Source: Rubrivivax sp.
Lineage (GTDB): Bacteria > Pseudomonadota > Gammaproteobacteria > Burkholderiales > Burkholderiaceae_C
Assembly (NCBI GenBank): GCA_031400795.1
Contig: JANNQO010000088.1
Location: 14,460 to 78,459, forward strand
Length of the DNA: 64,000 nt
Reading direction: 5' to 3'
Within the stretch, counting starts at the first letter, position 1; each line of letters begins with the position of its first letter. The translations under genes and the position numbers were made by a program. This document shows, piece after piece, positions 1 through 7,274 of the stretch. The notes below the pieces were generated by a model. It searched no databases. It was not told where the DNA came from and was given only the letters and a program-made list of their open reading frames with translations.

Positions 1-228
1 CGCTCCGTCCACCAGGGTGTAGGCGCCCTCCCAGCTGGCAAAGATCCGAACGTAGTGATAGAGCGCGATCAGCGTCACCAGGCCGGTGACGGTGAGCGCC
101 GTCCGATACGGCGGCGCCACCTGCGAGCGCGAGAGGAAGAAGAAGACCGTCGCCGCACCCATCACGGCAATCGTGAAAGAGAAGGCGTTGTAGACGAGGC
201 TGAATTGCCCGGGGGAGATGACATCCAT
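1..228 (-). CDS. Microbial (type-1) rhodopsin, xanthorhodopsin/proteorhodopsin-like; only the N-terminal 76 aa, gene runs off the left edge
   Basis: Hand translation of the reverse strand from ATG (228-226): MDVISPGQFSLVYNAFSFTIAVMGAATVFFFLSRSQVAPPYRTALTVTGLVTLIALYHYVRIFASWEGAYTLVDGA. Absent from the ORF track because there is no stop in the window. Matches remembered helices A-B of xanthorhodopsin/Gloeobacter rhodopsin (GQ[FY]xLV[FY]NxFSF..FFF..APxYR..YHYFRIxxSWxAAY). Confidence 0.8.
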   Translation of the reverse strand, partial: MDVISPGQFSLVYNAFSFTIAVMGAATVFFFLSRSQVAPPYRTALTVTGLVTLIALYHYVRIFASWEGAYTLVDGA

Positions 229-403
229 GACAGCGACGCTTGAGTTACGAGAATTGAATGTTAGCTGATGAAGATGTTTTGCATATTTAGGTCCTATGCA
301 ATGCCTACTCCTTGACCTGGGTAAGGCAGCTGGCGTGTGCGGCCGAGCACATCCAAGCACCGGCTGGGCGGCGGGCCTGGCGCGGCGTACGCCGATGGAC
401 TGC

Positions 404-1159
404 TTACGTCGAGGGCTTGCTGAAGCTGGCGATGTAGTTGACGGACACACTGCGCGTCCACCAGGCGCGATGGACAGCGGGCAGATAGCCCATGCCGCGC
501 AGGTCATGCTGCGCCAGCCCGCAGGCCGCAGCGGCCTGTTCCAATTCGTCGGGCCGAACGAACTGCGCCCATCGGTGGGTACCGCGGGGCAACACTCGGA
601 AGATGATTTCGGCACCGACGATGGCGGTCACGAAGCTGCGCGCTGTGCGGTTGATCGTCGAGACCAGCAGCAGGCCGCCCGGACTCAGGTGGCGGGACGC
701 CTGGCGCACGAATGTTTGCAGGTTGTCGACATGCTCCACCACTTCGAGCAGCAGCAGCACGTCGAACAGTTCGCCGTCGCGCAGAGCAGCGTCGGGCTCG
801 CCGACCCGGTAGTCGATGTTCAGGCGGCCACCGCCCGCGTGCAACCGCGCCGCAGCGATGTTCTTCGCCGCGGCATCCACACCCACCACCTGCGCCCCGC
901 GGGCGGCCAGGGGCTCGCACATCAGGCCGGCGCCACAACCGATGTCGGCGATGCGCAGATGATGCAAGTTGCCAGGCGGGCTCCCGAAGCGCTGGGCGGT
1001 CTGTTCGAGCACGTAGCCCAGCCGCAAGCCGTTGATGACGTGCAAGGGACGCATCGGCCCTGCGCTGTTCCACCAGGTCGTGGCCAGGCGATTGAAGCGC
1101 TCGACTTCGTCGCTGCGGATGGTGCTGGCCGGCACCGTTGAAGGCTTCTCGGTGGCCAT
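404..1159 (-). CDS. ubiG: Ubiquinone biosynthesis O-methyltransferase (UbiG family)
   Basis: 251-aa ORF. SAM motif I IADIGCGAGL. EVERFNRLATTWWNSAGPMRPLHVINGLRLGY and VGAEIIFRVLPRGTHRWAQFVRPDEL align with E. coli UbiG as remembered. Confidence 0.88.
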   Translation of the reverse strand: MATEKPSTVPASTIRSDEVERFNRLATTWWNSAGPMRPLHVINGLRLGYVLEQTAQRFGSPPGNLHHLRIADIGCGAGLMCEPLAARGAQVVGVDAAAKNIAAARLHAGGGRLNIDYRVGEPDAALRDGELFDVLLLLEVVEHVDNLQTFVRQASRHLSPGGLLLVSTINRTARSFVTAIVGAEIIFRVLPRGTHRWAQFVRPDELEQAAAACGLAQHDLRGMGYLPAVHRAWWTRSVSVNYIASFSKPST

Positions 1160-1162
1160 GCT

Positions 1163-1744
1163 TCAAACCCGGCGGCAGATTTTCACGGCCACGCGCGAAC
1201 CCGCGCCGACCGACCAGACCCACACACGCAGCGCCAGCGAAGGCGGCTTCCCGCCCAGGGCAAAGAGCGCAGCGGCTTCGTCGCGATGCGCAATCTCGTC
1301 ACCGCGACAGGCCTGCAGCAGCGCGCGCAGCGCCTGCAGTCGCGGGTGCATTCGGCTCGGGTCGTGCCGGTCGATCGATTCGATCTGCCCGGCGTAGTGC
1401 CGGTCGACGAAGGTCTCGACGGCCTCGATGGTGGCGTACACCGCGCACGGACCGACCCACGCGGGCAGCGCACCGGTCAGCCAGCCGGCGATGCGCCACA
1501 GCGGCAGCAGCCGGCTGCGGTGTTGCAGCGCCAGCAGCGGCTCGGTCTGGGCGAGATGGTCCGCCTCGGTGGCGAGATGCCGCTGCGCAAAGTGACGCAC
1601 GCCCGCGTCGCGTGTGATGGCGAGGATGCCGCGGTAGATCATCACGGCGCCGCTCTCGCCGGCGTGATCGGTGCGCAAATCGGCAGTCAGTGCCGCCGGC
1701 AGCGAGCCGGCTACGTCGATATGAGTGATCGTGCGCGATGTCAT
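1163..1744 (-). CDS. coq7: Demethoxyubiquinone hydroxylase family protein (COQ7-like di-iron carboxylate)
   Basis: 193-aa ORF with COQ7-type motifs DHAGESGAVMIYRG, TEADHL, IEAVETFVDRHY, GDEIAHRDEA. ATGA start/stop overlap with the upstream gene and a 3-nt gap to ubiG. Confidence 0.78.
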   Translation of the reverse strand: MTSRTITHIDVAGSLPAALTADLRTDHAGESGAVMIYRGILAITRDAGVRHFAQRHLATEADHLAQTEPLLALQHRSRLLPLWRIAGWLTGALPAWVGPCAVYATIEAVETFVDRHYAGQIESIDRHDPSRMHPRLQALRALLQACRGDEIAHRDEAAALFALGGKPPSLALRVWVWSVGAGSRVAVKICRRV

Positions 1745-2889
1745 GCGTGCGCTTCGAAAGCTTTGAGAGGGCCACGATCCAGTGCCTGCATGGCGCTGCG
1801 CTCGCGGCGAGACACCAAGCCATCGGCCATCGTTCGCGCCAGCGCAACTCCGCTGCGGTGGACTCGGTCAACCTGGCTGGCCACGACACTGTCGCCACAC
1901 ACACCGAGCCGCACCTTGTCATCCCACAGACACTCCGAGTGCGCGGCCACGACAGCTGGCGTCTCAACGAAAGCGTGAAGCCATTGGTGGGCACAGAGAA
2001 AGTTGGGCGTGACCGAGCGGCCCGCATGCGCGCGGAAGTTGTCGAGCAGCAGATCCGCCACCGTCTCGGCATCGTCATGCTCGTGCCGCAACGACCACTG
2101 CTCGTCGGCTTCGACGAACCAGCGCTGCGGCAGGTTTGCGGGACGCCCTGGCTTGCTGTGCATGGCGGCGACCCTTTCGATGGGGCTGCCGTGAAACTCT
2201 CGATACCCGGGCAGTCCGACAGGGCGCTCGGACCCCAGCAGCAACACCCAGCGGCTGCGGTAACGCACCCCACGCAGTGCCGCCGTCAGCCCGGGCGACT
2301 CTTGCGCAAGCGGCAGGGCCAGTGGAGCCGGAATGGCGAGCACGAGGGCCTCGAAGTCCTCGTCAATCTCGCCCGCTGCGTCGCGCAGCACCCAGCGGGC
2401 ACCCCGCCGCCGGGCCTGCTGAATGGGCGTGCACAGCCGAACGTCCAGAGGCCGCGCAACGGCATTGGCCAGAGCGAGCATCGACGGCACGCCGACCGCC
2501 CCCATCAGCTTCAAGGTTCGGGTTTCATCCGCTTCGTCTTCATCCTTGTCCCACTCCCTGCCCTTGCGTTCATCTTCAGCGGGCGTGGCAGGCACGGTCC
2601 ATGGATGCACTGCGGCCAGCTCACCCGGCGGTTGCACGGCGTAGGACGCCAAGTGGGTGGCCCCGCTGATGAACTGGGCACCGTCGTCGAACCATCCGAT
2701 CCGGGTTGCGCGCGAACTGCACCGGCCACCCAATCGACCACTGGCCTCGAAAACAACGGGGTCGTAGCCGCGCAGACACAATTCACGTGCGCAGGTCAGA
2801 CCGCCGACGCCGGCGCCGATGACGGCAACGCGCTGCGGGACCCGGTAGGTCAGTACACTGCCAAGACCGTGGCTGCTCTGATGCTTCAT
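1741..2889 (-). CDS. NAD(P)/FAD-dependent oxidoreductase (amine-oxidase/renalase-like fold)
   Basis: 382-aa ORF. N-terminal dinucleotide-binding VAVIGAGVGGLTCA followed by VVFEASGRLGGR. First gene of a 3-gene string with coq7 and ubiG. Confidence 0.78.
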   Translation of the reverse strand: MKHQSSHGLGSVLTYRVPQRVAVIGAGVGGLTCARELCLRGYDPVVFEASGRLGGRCSSRATRIGWFDDGAQFISGATHLASYAVQPPGELAAVHPWTVPATPAEDERKGREWDKDEDEADETRTLKLMGAVGVPSMLALANAVARPLDVRLCTPIQQARRRGARWVLRDAAGEIDEDFEALVLAIPAPLALPLAQESPGLTAALRGVRYRSRWVLLLGSERPVGLPGYREFHGSPIERVAAMHSKPGRPANLPQRWFVEADEQWSLRHEHDDAETVADLLLDNFRAHAGRSVTPNFLCAHQWLHAFVETPAVVAAHSECLWDDKVRLGVCGDSVVASQVDRVHRSGVALARTMADGLVSRRERSAMQALDRGPLKAFEAHA

Positions 2890-3124
2890 TGACGTCCTCT
2901 TGCGTTCTGCCCTGGTTCGTTCCCCTGTTCCTTACGTCAGAGAGACGACAGAGTTGCATGGCACCGCCCGAATCTTTTCGCGTCGAAGATTTGTTTGCTG
3001 GCGTTGCAACTTCGGCTGTGCTGTGGCGTTATCCGACAGTCACAAGCCGAGCGGAAGAGTCTTGCCAAGGCTTGTCACCGAAGCAGCTGGCCACCCGCTC
3101 CTGGCGGGTTTCACGGAGGCCCGG

Positions 3125-3727
3125 TTGAGCGAACCTCCACTCGCGGGCGGAATCGATGCGGCGCTGGTCGCGCGGGCGCAGCAAGGCGAGATGGTTGCGT
3201 TCGAGCTGCTGGTGGTGAAGTACCAGCGGCGGGTTGCGGCAACGATACGGCGCGTTGTGCATGAAGACCGAATCGCTGAAGAACTGACGCAGGAGGTTTT
3301 CTTGAGTGTTTTTGTTGCGTTGACGAGCTTCAGGCCCGACGGTGATTTCGCGGCTTGGCTGTTCACGATTGCCCGCAACGCGGCGCGGAGTTACCTGCGC
3401 AGCGCGCAGAACCGGCAGGACGATCGACCCATTCAACTGCTCGATGAAGCCAACGACAACGACAGGTTCGGGGTTGCACCGAGCCCTGAGGAGGAAGCCA
3501 TGGCGCACCAGCTGTTCGAACGCATCGACGCCGAAGTGGCGGCGTTGCCTGAGGTGCAGCGCCGCGCGCTCTTGATGCGCGAAATTGATGGACTGGACTA
3601 CAAGGCCATCGCCGCAGCGCTTGGGCAGCCCATCAATACCGTCAAGTCCCACATCTTCCGGGCGCGCGAAGCGATCGCCAGTCGCGCGCGTCCGTTGCTT
3701 GCGCCAACGCGCGACCGGCGCTGGTAG
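3125..3727 (+). CDS. ECF (RpoE/AlgU-like) RNA polymerase sigma-70 factor
   Basis: In-frame part of ORF 2900..3727. Region 2 (FELLVVKYQRRV...ELTQEVFLSVF...AWLFTIARNAA) and region 4 (LPEVQRRALLMREIDGLDYKAIAAALGQPINTVKSHIFRAREAI). Start placed at TTG 3125, 5 nt after a GGAGG; the start is an inference. Confidence 0.88.
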   Translation: MSEPPLAGGIDAALVARAQQGEMVAFELLVVKYQRRVAATIRRVVHEDRIAEELTQEVFLSVFVALTSFRPDGDFAAWLFTIARNAARSYLRSAQNRQDDRPIQLLDEANDNDRFGVAPSPEEEAMAHQLFERIDAEVAALPEVQRRALLMREIDGLDYKAIAAALGQPINTVKSHIFRAREAIASRARPLLAPTRDRRW

Positions 3728-3737
3728 GAGACAGGCA

Positions 3738-3950
3738 ATGAACGAAGCTTCACGCCTGCTGGACGGCGACCTCACAGCCGCGGAACTGACAGCGCTGCTC
3801 GAGCGCTTGAAGCACGACCCAGCCTTGCGCGACGAAGTTGCGGCACAGCAGCTGATTCGTGATGGCCTGGCCGGCCTGCGCACGCTGGACGATGGATACA
3901 CGCTGCGCATCCTCGCCAGGCTGCGCCGAGCTCAGATGGGCTGGCCATGA
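3738..3950 (+). CDS. Small anti-sigma factor-like protein (RseA N-terminal-domain-like, 70 aa, no hydrophobic segment)
   Basis: ATG 3738 preceded by AGGAG, 10 nt after the sigma stop. MNEASRLLDGDLTAAELTALLERLKHDPALRDEVAAQQLIRDGL resembles the RseA_N sigma-binding helix pattern (..DGEL.. / ..W..y.lIgD.lr). Confidence 0.55.
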   Translation: MNEASRLLDGDLTAAELTALLERLKHDPALRDEVAAQQLIRDGLAGLRTLDDGYTLRILARLRRAQMGWP

Positions 3951-4125
3951 CCGAGGTTTGCCGCTGTCTGGGGCGGGTGCTGACGTAGCGAACCAGGCTC
4001 CTGCCTGGGGCGGGTGGGGCGGAGTCCTTCATGGTCGTCATGCTCGGCGACTGCGCGACGAGGGCGCCCATACCGGACGGTCAGGAGCACCTGCTGGGCA
4101 TACACGCCGATAAACTTTCGAGACC

Positions 4126-4521
4126 ATGCAAATGAACAACGCACGACCTCGCCAGCGCGGCAAGCCTTCGGGGTGGCACATTGCGGCCCTCGGGTGCACG
4201 GTGCTTGCGGCCGGTTGCGCTGCACCGACACCGACGGTGCCGCGTTCGATCTCGATGAGCGCTGCCACCTGCCAGCGGCCCGGCTATCCTGCAGAGGCCC
4301 GGCGTTACGACGCGGCGGGCACCACGCAGATCGAGTTCGAAGTCAATGCCGAGGGCAAGGTGACGCGGGTGGCGATCGTCGGCGCCAGCGGCAGCACTGC
4401 CGGACATCAGATGCTGGACGCGCTGGCGCTGGGTACCGTCTCCAAGTGCTCATTCCCCGCGGCGGCAGGCTTCCTCTCTGCCACGTCGCGCATCTCCTAC
4501 GTCTGGCGGCTGGAAGACTGA
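4126..4521 (+). CDS. TonB C-terminal-domain lipoprotein
   Basis: 131-aa ORF. Lipobox VLAAGC. C-terminal YPAEARRYDAAGTTQIEFEVNAEGKVTRVAIVGASG resembles the TonB_C fold. Confidence 0.65.
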   Translation: MQMNNARPRQRGKPSGWHIAALGCTVLAAGCAAPTPTVPRSISMSAATCQRPGYPAEARRYDAAGTTQIEFEVNAEGKVTRVAIVGASGSTAGHQMLDALALGTVSKCSFPAAAGFLSATSRISYVWRLED

Positions 4522-4579
4522 CTGCCGGCGTGGCTGAATCCGGCGCGATTGCCGATGTGGAGTGTTCGGCGGCCTCGCC

Positions 4580-5110
4580 TCAGTCGACTTCGCCAATGAG
4601 CGTTGCGATTGCGGCCCCCAGCGCCAGATCATCCTCAGCGCCGAACGCGTGATGGCGCAGATGGCCGCTGCGGTCGATCAGCACGAGGCTCGGCGTTCCC
4701 TGCATGCCGTAGGCTCGCATCGTGACCGGAATCGGATCGCGCGCATCGGCATTCGGCGCATCCACGCCGACCGGAAACGTTATTCGATACTCGTGCAGGA
4801 AAGCCTGCAGGGAGACGGGCGTCATCGCCGCGTGGTGTTCGAAGACCGTGTGCAGCCCGATCACCGCGACGCCCTGCGGCGCGAACGTCGCATGGATGCG
4901 CTGCGCCTGCGGCAGCCCATGCTGCACGCAGGCCGGACACAGCATCTGGAATGCATGCAGCACCACCACCTTGCCGCGCAAACCGGCCAGGTGCACGGCG
5001 TCGCCGGTGTTGAACCACTCGCACGTCGTCCACGGTGGCGCGGGCCGGCCAGGCGGATCGATACCGAACCTGTGGGACCTTGTCTGCGGTCGTACGCTGG
5101 CGCCCTGCAT
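4580..5110 (-). CDS. Thioredoxin-fold redoxin (TlpA/AhpC-TSA-like thiol:disulfide oxidoreductase)
   Basis: Part of ORF 4580..5206. CPAC active-site motif in LHAFQMLCPACVQHG. Start moved to ATG 5110, 4 nt downstream of the P460 stop, because the longer ORF overlaps the upstream gene. Confidence 0.78.
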   Translation of the reverse strand: MQGASVRPQTRSHRFGIDPPGRPAPPWTTCEWFNTGDAVHLAGLRGKVVVLHAFQMLCPACVQHGLPQAQRIHATFAPQGVAVIGLHTVFEHHAAMTPVSLQAFLHEYRITFPVGVDAPNADARDPIPVTMRAYGMQGTPSLVLIDRSGHLRHHAFGAEDDLALGAAIATLIGEVD

Positions 5111-5114
5111 GCGG

Positions 5115-5594
5115 TCACTTTCTGAAGGTGGAGAAGACGAAGTCATTGTTCTTTTGCGCGGTGTGGCATTGGAAGCAAGCCGACGCGGCGTTCTTGCCGA
5201 CTGCACGGTCGGTCTTCGAGTCTCCCTTGAATCCCTCGAAACCCCAGCCGCCGGTGTCCTTGTATTTTCTGGCGTCCTTGTGCATCACGCCCAACACTTT
5301 GCGAGCGCCTTCCTGCACGGTGTTGTCGGCAACCTTCGCTTCCAACAGGTCGAAGGCGATGACGGAGCCATCGGCAAACTTGCCGCTCTTGTAGCCCTGC
5401 TCGGCCCGTCTGTTGGCATAGAGGTGGTGGATGCCGCCGAACGCGTCGTACAGGGCATGCCCTTGATTGATCGTCATGCTCTTGACGTGTGTCCACTGGC
5501 GGTAGCCGTCCGGGTACGCGACAGGCGCGGCATCGGCCGAGTGAACCGGTGGCGCGATCGCGAGGGTGGCGGCGAGAAGAAACAGTCTGCGCAT
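5115..5594 (-). CDS. Cytochrome P460 / cytochrome c-prime-beta family haem protein, secreted
   Basis: 159-aa ORF. Signal peptide MRRLFLLAATLAIAPPVHSA. C-terminal CxxCH (CFQCH). FGGIHHLYAN segment typical of the P460 family as remembered. Confidence 0.78.
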   Translation of the reverse strand: MRRLFLLAATLAIAPPVHSADAAPVAYPDGYRQWTHVKSMTINQGHALYDAFGGIHHLYANRRAEQGYKSGKFADGSVIAFDLLEAKVADNTVQEGARKVLGVMHKDARKYKDTGGWGFEGFKGDSKTDRAVGKNAASACFQCHTAQKNNDFVFSTFRK

Positions 5595-5701
5595 GAGGCA
5601 CTCCTACAATTCAGATTCGAATGCCACGCATTCCAGCACGTGAGCTCTCGCTTGAACAGCGGGCACGAAACAGTGACCAGGGCACTTTCAGGTGTCGATT
5701 G

Positions 5702-6022
5702 ATGAACCGACCAGCGAACTCAACGCTGCCCAACGTGTCGCGAATGGTCGAAGACATCGTCGGCTGCAAGTGGTCGCTGGCCGTGCTCGGCGCCGTGCGT
5801 GACGGCGTGTGCCGTCCCGGCGCCATGGAACATGCCATCGACGGGCTGTCGAAGAAGGTCCTCAACGAACGCCTGAGCAAACTCGTTCGTTTCGGGATCC
5901 TCCAGAAGCACGCCTACCCCGAGCTGCCGCCGCGTGTGGAGTACCGGTTCACACCTTTCGGCGACAGGTTCTGCGGCGTGCTGGATGGCATTGAAGCGCT
6001 GCAGCGCGAGATCGATGGCTGA
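5702..6022 (+). CDS. HxlR-family winged-helix transcriptional regulator
   Basis: Part of ORF 5621..6022. GCKWSLAVLGAV...LSKKVLNERLSKLVRFGILQKHAYPELPPRVEYRFTPFG is the HxlR signature. Divergent from the P460 gene. Start (ATG 5702 or the later ATG ~5744) is uncertain. Confidence 0.85.
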   Translation: MNRPANSTLPNVSRMVEDIVGCKWSLAVLGAVRDGVCRPGAMEHAIDGLSKKVLNERLSKLVRFGILQKHAYPELPPRVEYRFTPFGDRFCGVLDGIEALQREIDG

Positions 6023-6346
6023 TCGGGGTCTCGCACAGCGGAGTGTCGCGTCAGCACCGGAGACGGGTTCGACGCTCGGCACACTCGCCCTGATGGAGTC
6101 GGACGGTCGAGCACCGTGAGCGACCGCCGCGACTCGGCAGCGCAGCGGTCGCGCGGGCGCTTGTCGTCGCAGCCCCTGCCGGACCCACTGAGACATTGCC
6201 TGCTCAGGTGAAGGGCGGCCGAAGGTCGCCCCATTTCGTTTGTGCGCCCCGCCGGTTCAGTGTCGGCACTCGTTCGGCAGCCGTGACGTCGACACGCTCG
6301 CGATCAGCTGCTGCCGATAAATCAATCCTGATGTATCCTTGGAAGC

Positions 6347-6511
6347 ATGACGGGCAAGGAGGTCATTGCCAAGCTCCGCGCCGCCGGATGGAGCTTGGTT
6401 CGCGTGCATGGCAGCGATCACATCCTGAGCAAGGACGGAATGGCCGTGCCGGTGCCCGTGCATTGCGCGCGAGACATCGGCGTGGGCCTGCTGGCAGCGA
6501 TCCAGCGCTAG
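6347..6511 (+). CDS. hicA: HicA-family mRNA-interferase toxin (54 aa)
   Basis: Not in the ORF track (<60 aa). Hand translation: MTGKEVIAKLRAAGWSLVRVHGSDHILSKDGMAVPVPVHCARDIGVGLLAAIQR*. GW.LVR..GS.H and PVH..RDI..G motifs of HicA/YcfA. Directly upstream of hicB. Confidence 0.8.
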   Translation: MTGKEVIAKLRAAGWSLVRVHGSDHILSKDGMAVPVPVHCARDIGVGLLAAIQR

Positions 6512-6540
6512 ACGGGCGTGAAACTCAAGTGAGGCATCAG

Positions 6541-6957
6541 ATGGACATTCGTTACCCGGCGACGATCGAGAAGCAGGACGATGGCAGCTTCCTGGTGCGA
6601 TTCGTCGATCTGCCGGACACCTTCACCGAGGGGAAGACCGAAGACGAAGCGGTGTTCAACGCGGCCGAGGTGCTGTCGGCCATGCTCGCCTGGCGCCTGG
6701 ACGAAGCCAAGGATGTGCCGCCGCCGAGCCAGAAGCTGAAGGGCGCCCGCTACATCGCCCCCGATGCGAAGACACAGGCCGCGATGCTGCTGCGCCTGGC
6801 CCGCGGGGAGCGAACCTTGTCGGAACTGGCGCGAGCTCTCGCGACTTCCTGGCCCGCCGCGAAGCGGCTCGAAGACCCCACCCACTGGCCGTCGCTGAAA
6901 ACACTCGACCGCGCTGCCGCCGCCCTGGGCAAGCGGCTCGTGCTGAGGCTCGAATGA
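6541..6957 (+). CDS. hicB: HicB-family antitoxin with C-terminal HTH
   Basis: In-frame part of ORF 6196..6957 starting at ATG 6541. MDIRYPATIEKQDDGSFLVRFVDLPDTFTEGKTEDEAVFNAAEVL is the HicB N-domain. RTLSELARAL...KRLEDP is an Xre-like HTH. Confidence 0.85.
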   Translation: MDIRYPATIEKQDDGSFLVRFVDLPDTFTEGKTEDEAVFNAAEVLSAMLAWRLDEAKDVPPPSQKLKGARYIAPDAKTQAAMLLRLARGERTLSELARALATSWPAAKRLEDPTHWPSLKTLDRAAAALGKRLVLRLE

Positions 6958-7274
6958 CACTGCACATCGTCCGGCTCGGCACACTCCGCGGCGCCGCGGA
7001 AGGCCCGCGCATCGGCGCTGTGCGACGCCCACCGCGCGGCGTGCCCAAGACCGATTTCGCGCGGCAAAACTGGTACGACGTCTGGTACCCGATCCTCGCG
7101 CCGAGTGTGGAGACCGTGAAGCTCGGCCAGCACGCGGACGAAGAAGCGGGCTGGGCGCTGTTCAGCCGCCGTTTTCGCCAGGAGATGAACGCACCCGAGG
7201 CCTCGCGCAGCCTGGACCTGCTGGCCACGCGGTCGCATCTCCTCATCCGCCCGCTGCGAACCTGCCTGGACTGA
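6954..7274 (+). CDS. DUF488 (YeaO-like) family protein, C-terminus probably truncated or divergent
   Basis: 106-aa ORF. RIGAVRRPPRGVPKTDFARQNWYDVWYPILAPS matches the DUF488 N-terminal pattern. The usual C-terminal conserved block after LDLLA.. is missing. ATGA overlap with the hicB stop; 32-nt convergent overlap with the next gene. Confidence 0.6.
   Translation: MTLHIVRLGTLRGAAEGPRIGAVRRPPRGVPKTDFARQNWYDVWYPILAPSVETVKLGQHADEEAGWALFSRRFRQEMNAPEASRSLDLLATRSHLLIRPLRTCLD

Noticed and set aside
3008-3036. Possible autoregulatory ECF promoter (AACTT ... TCCGA) upstream of the sigma gene.
   Set aside because: The spacer between the two elements is 19 nt, longer than the ~16 nt of RpoE-type promoters. 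There is only one instance and no matching element upstream of the divergent operon that I could see.
6196-6540. N-terminal 115 codons of the listed 253-aa ORF 6196-6957.
   Set aside because: This part overlaps hicA in another frame and has no HicB similarity. HicB homology begins exactly at ATG 6541, 30 nt after the hicA stop.
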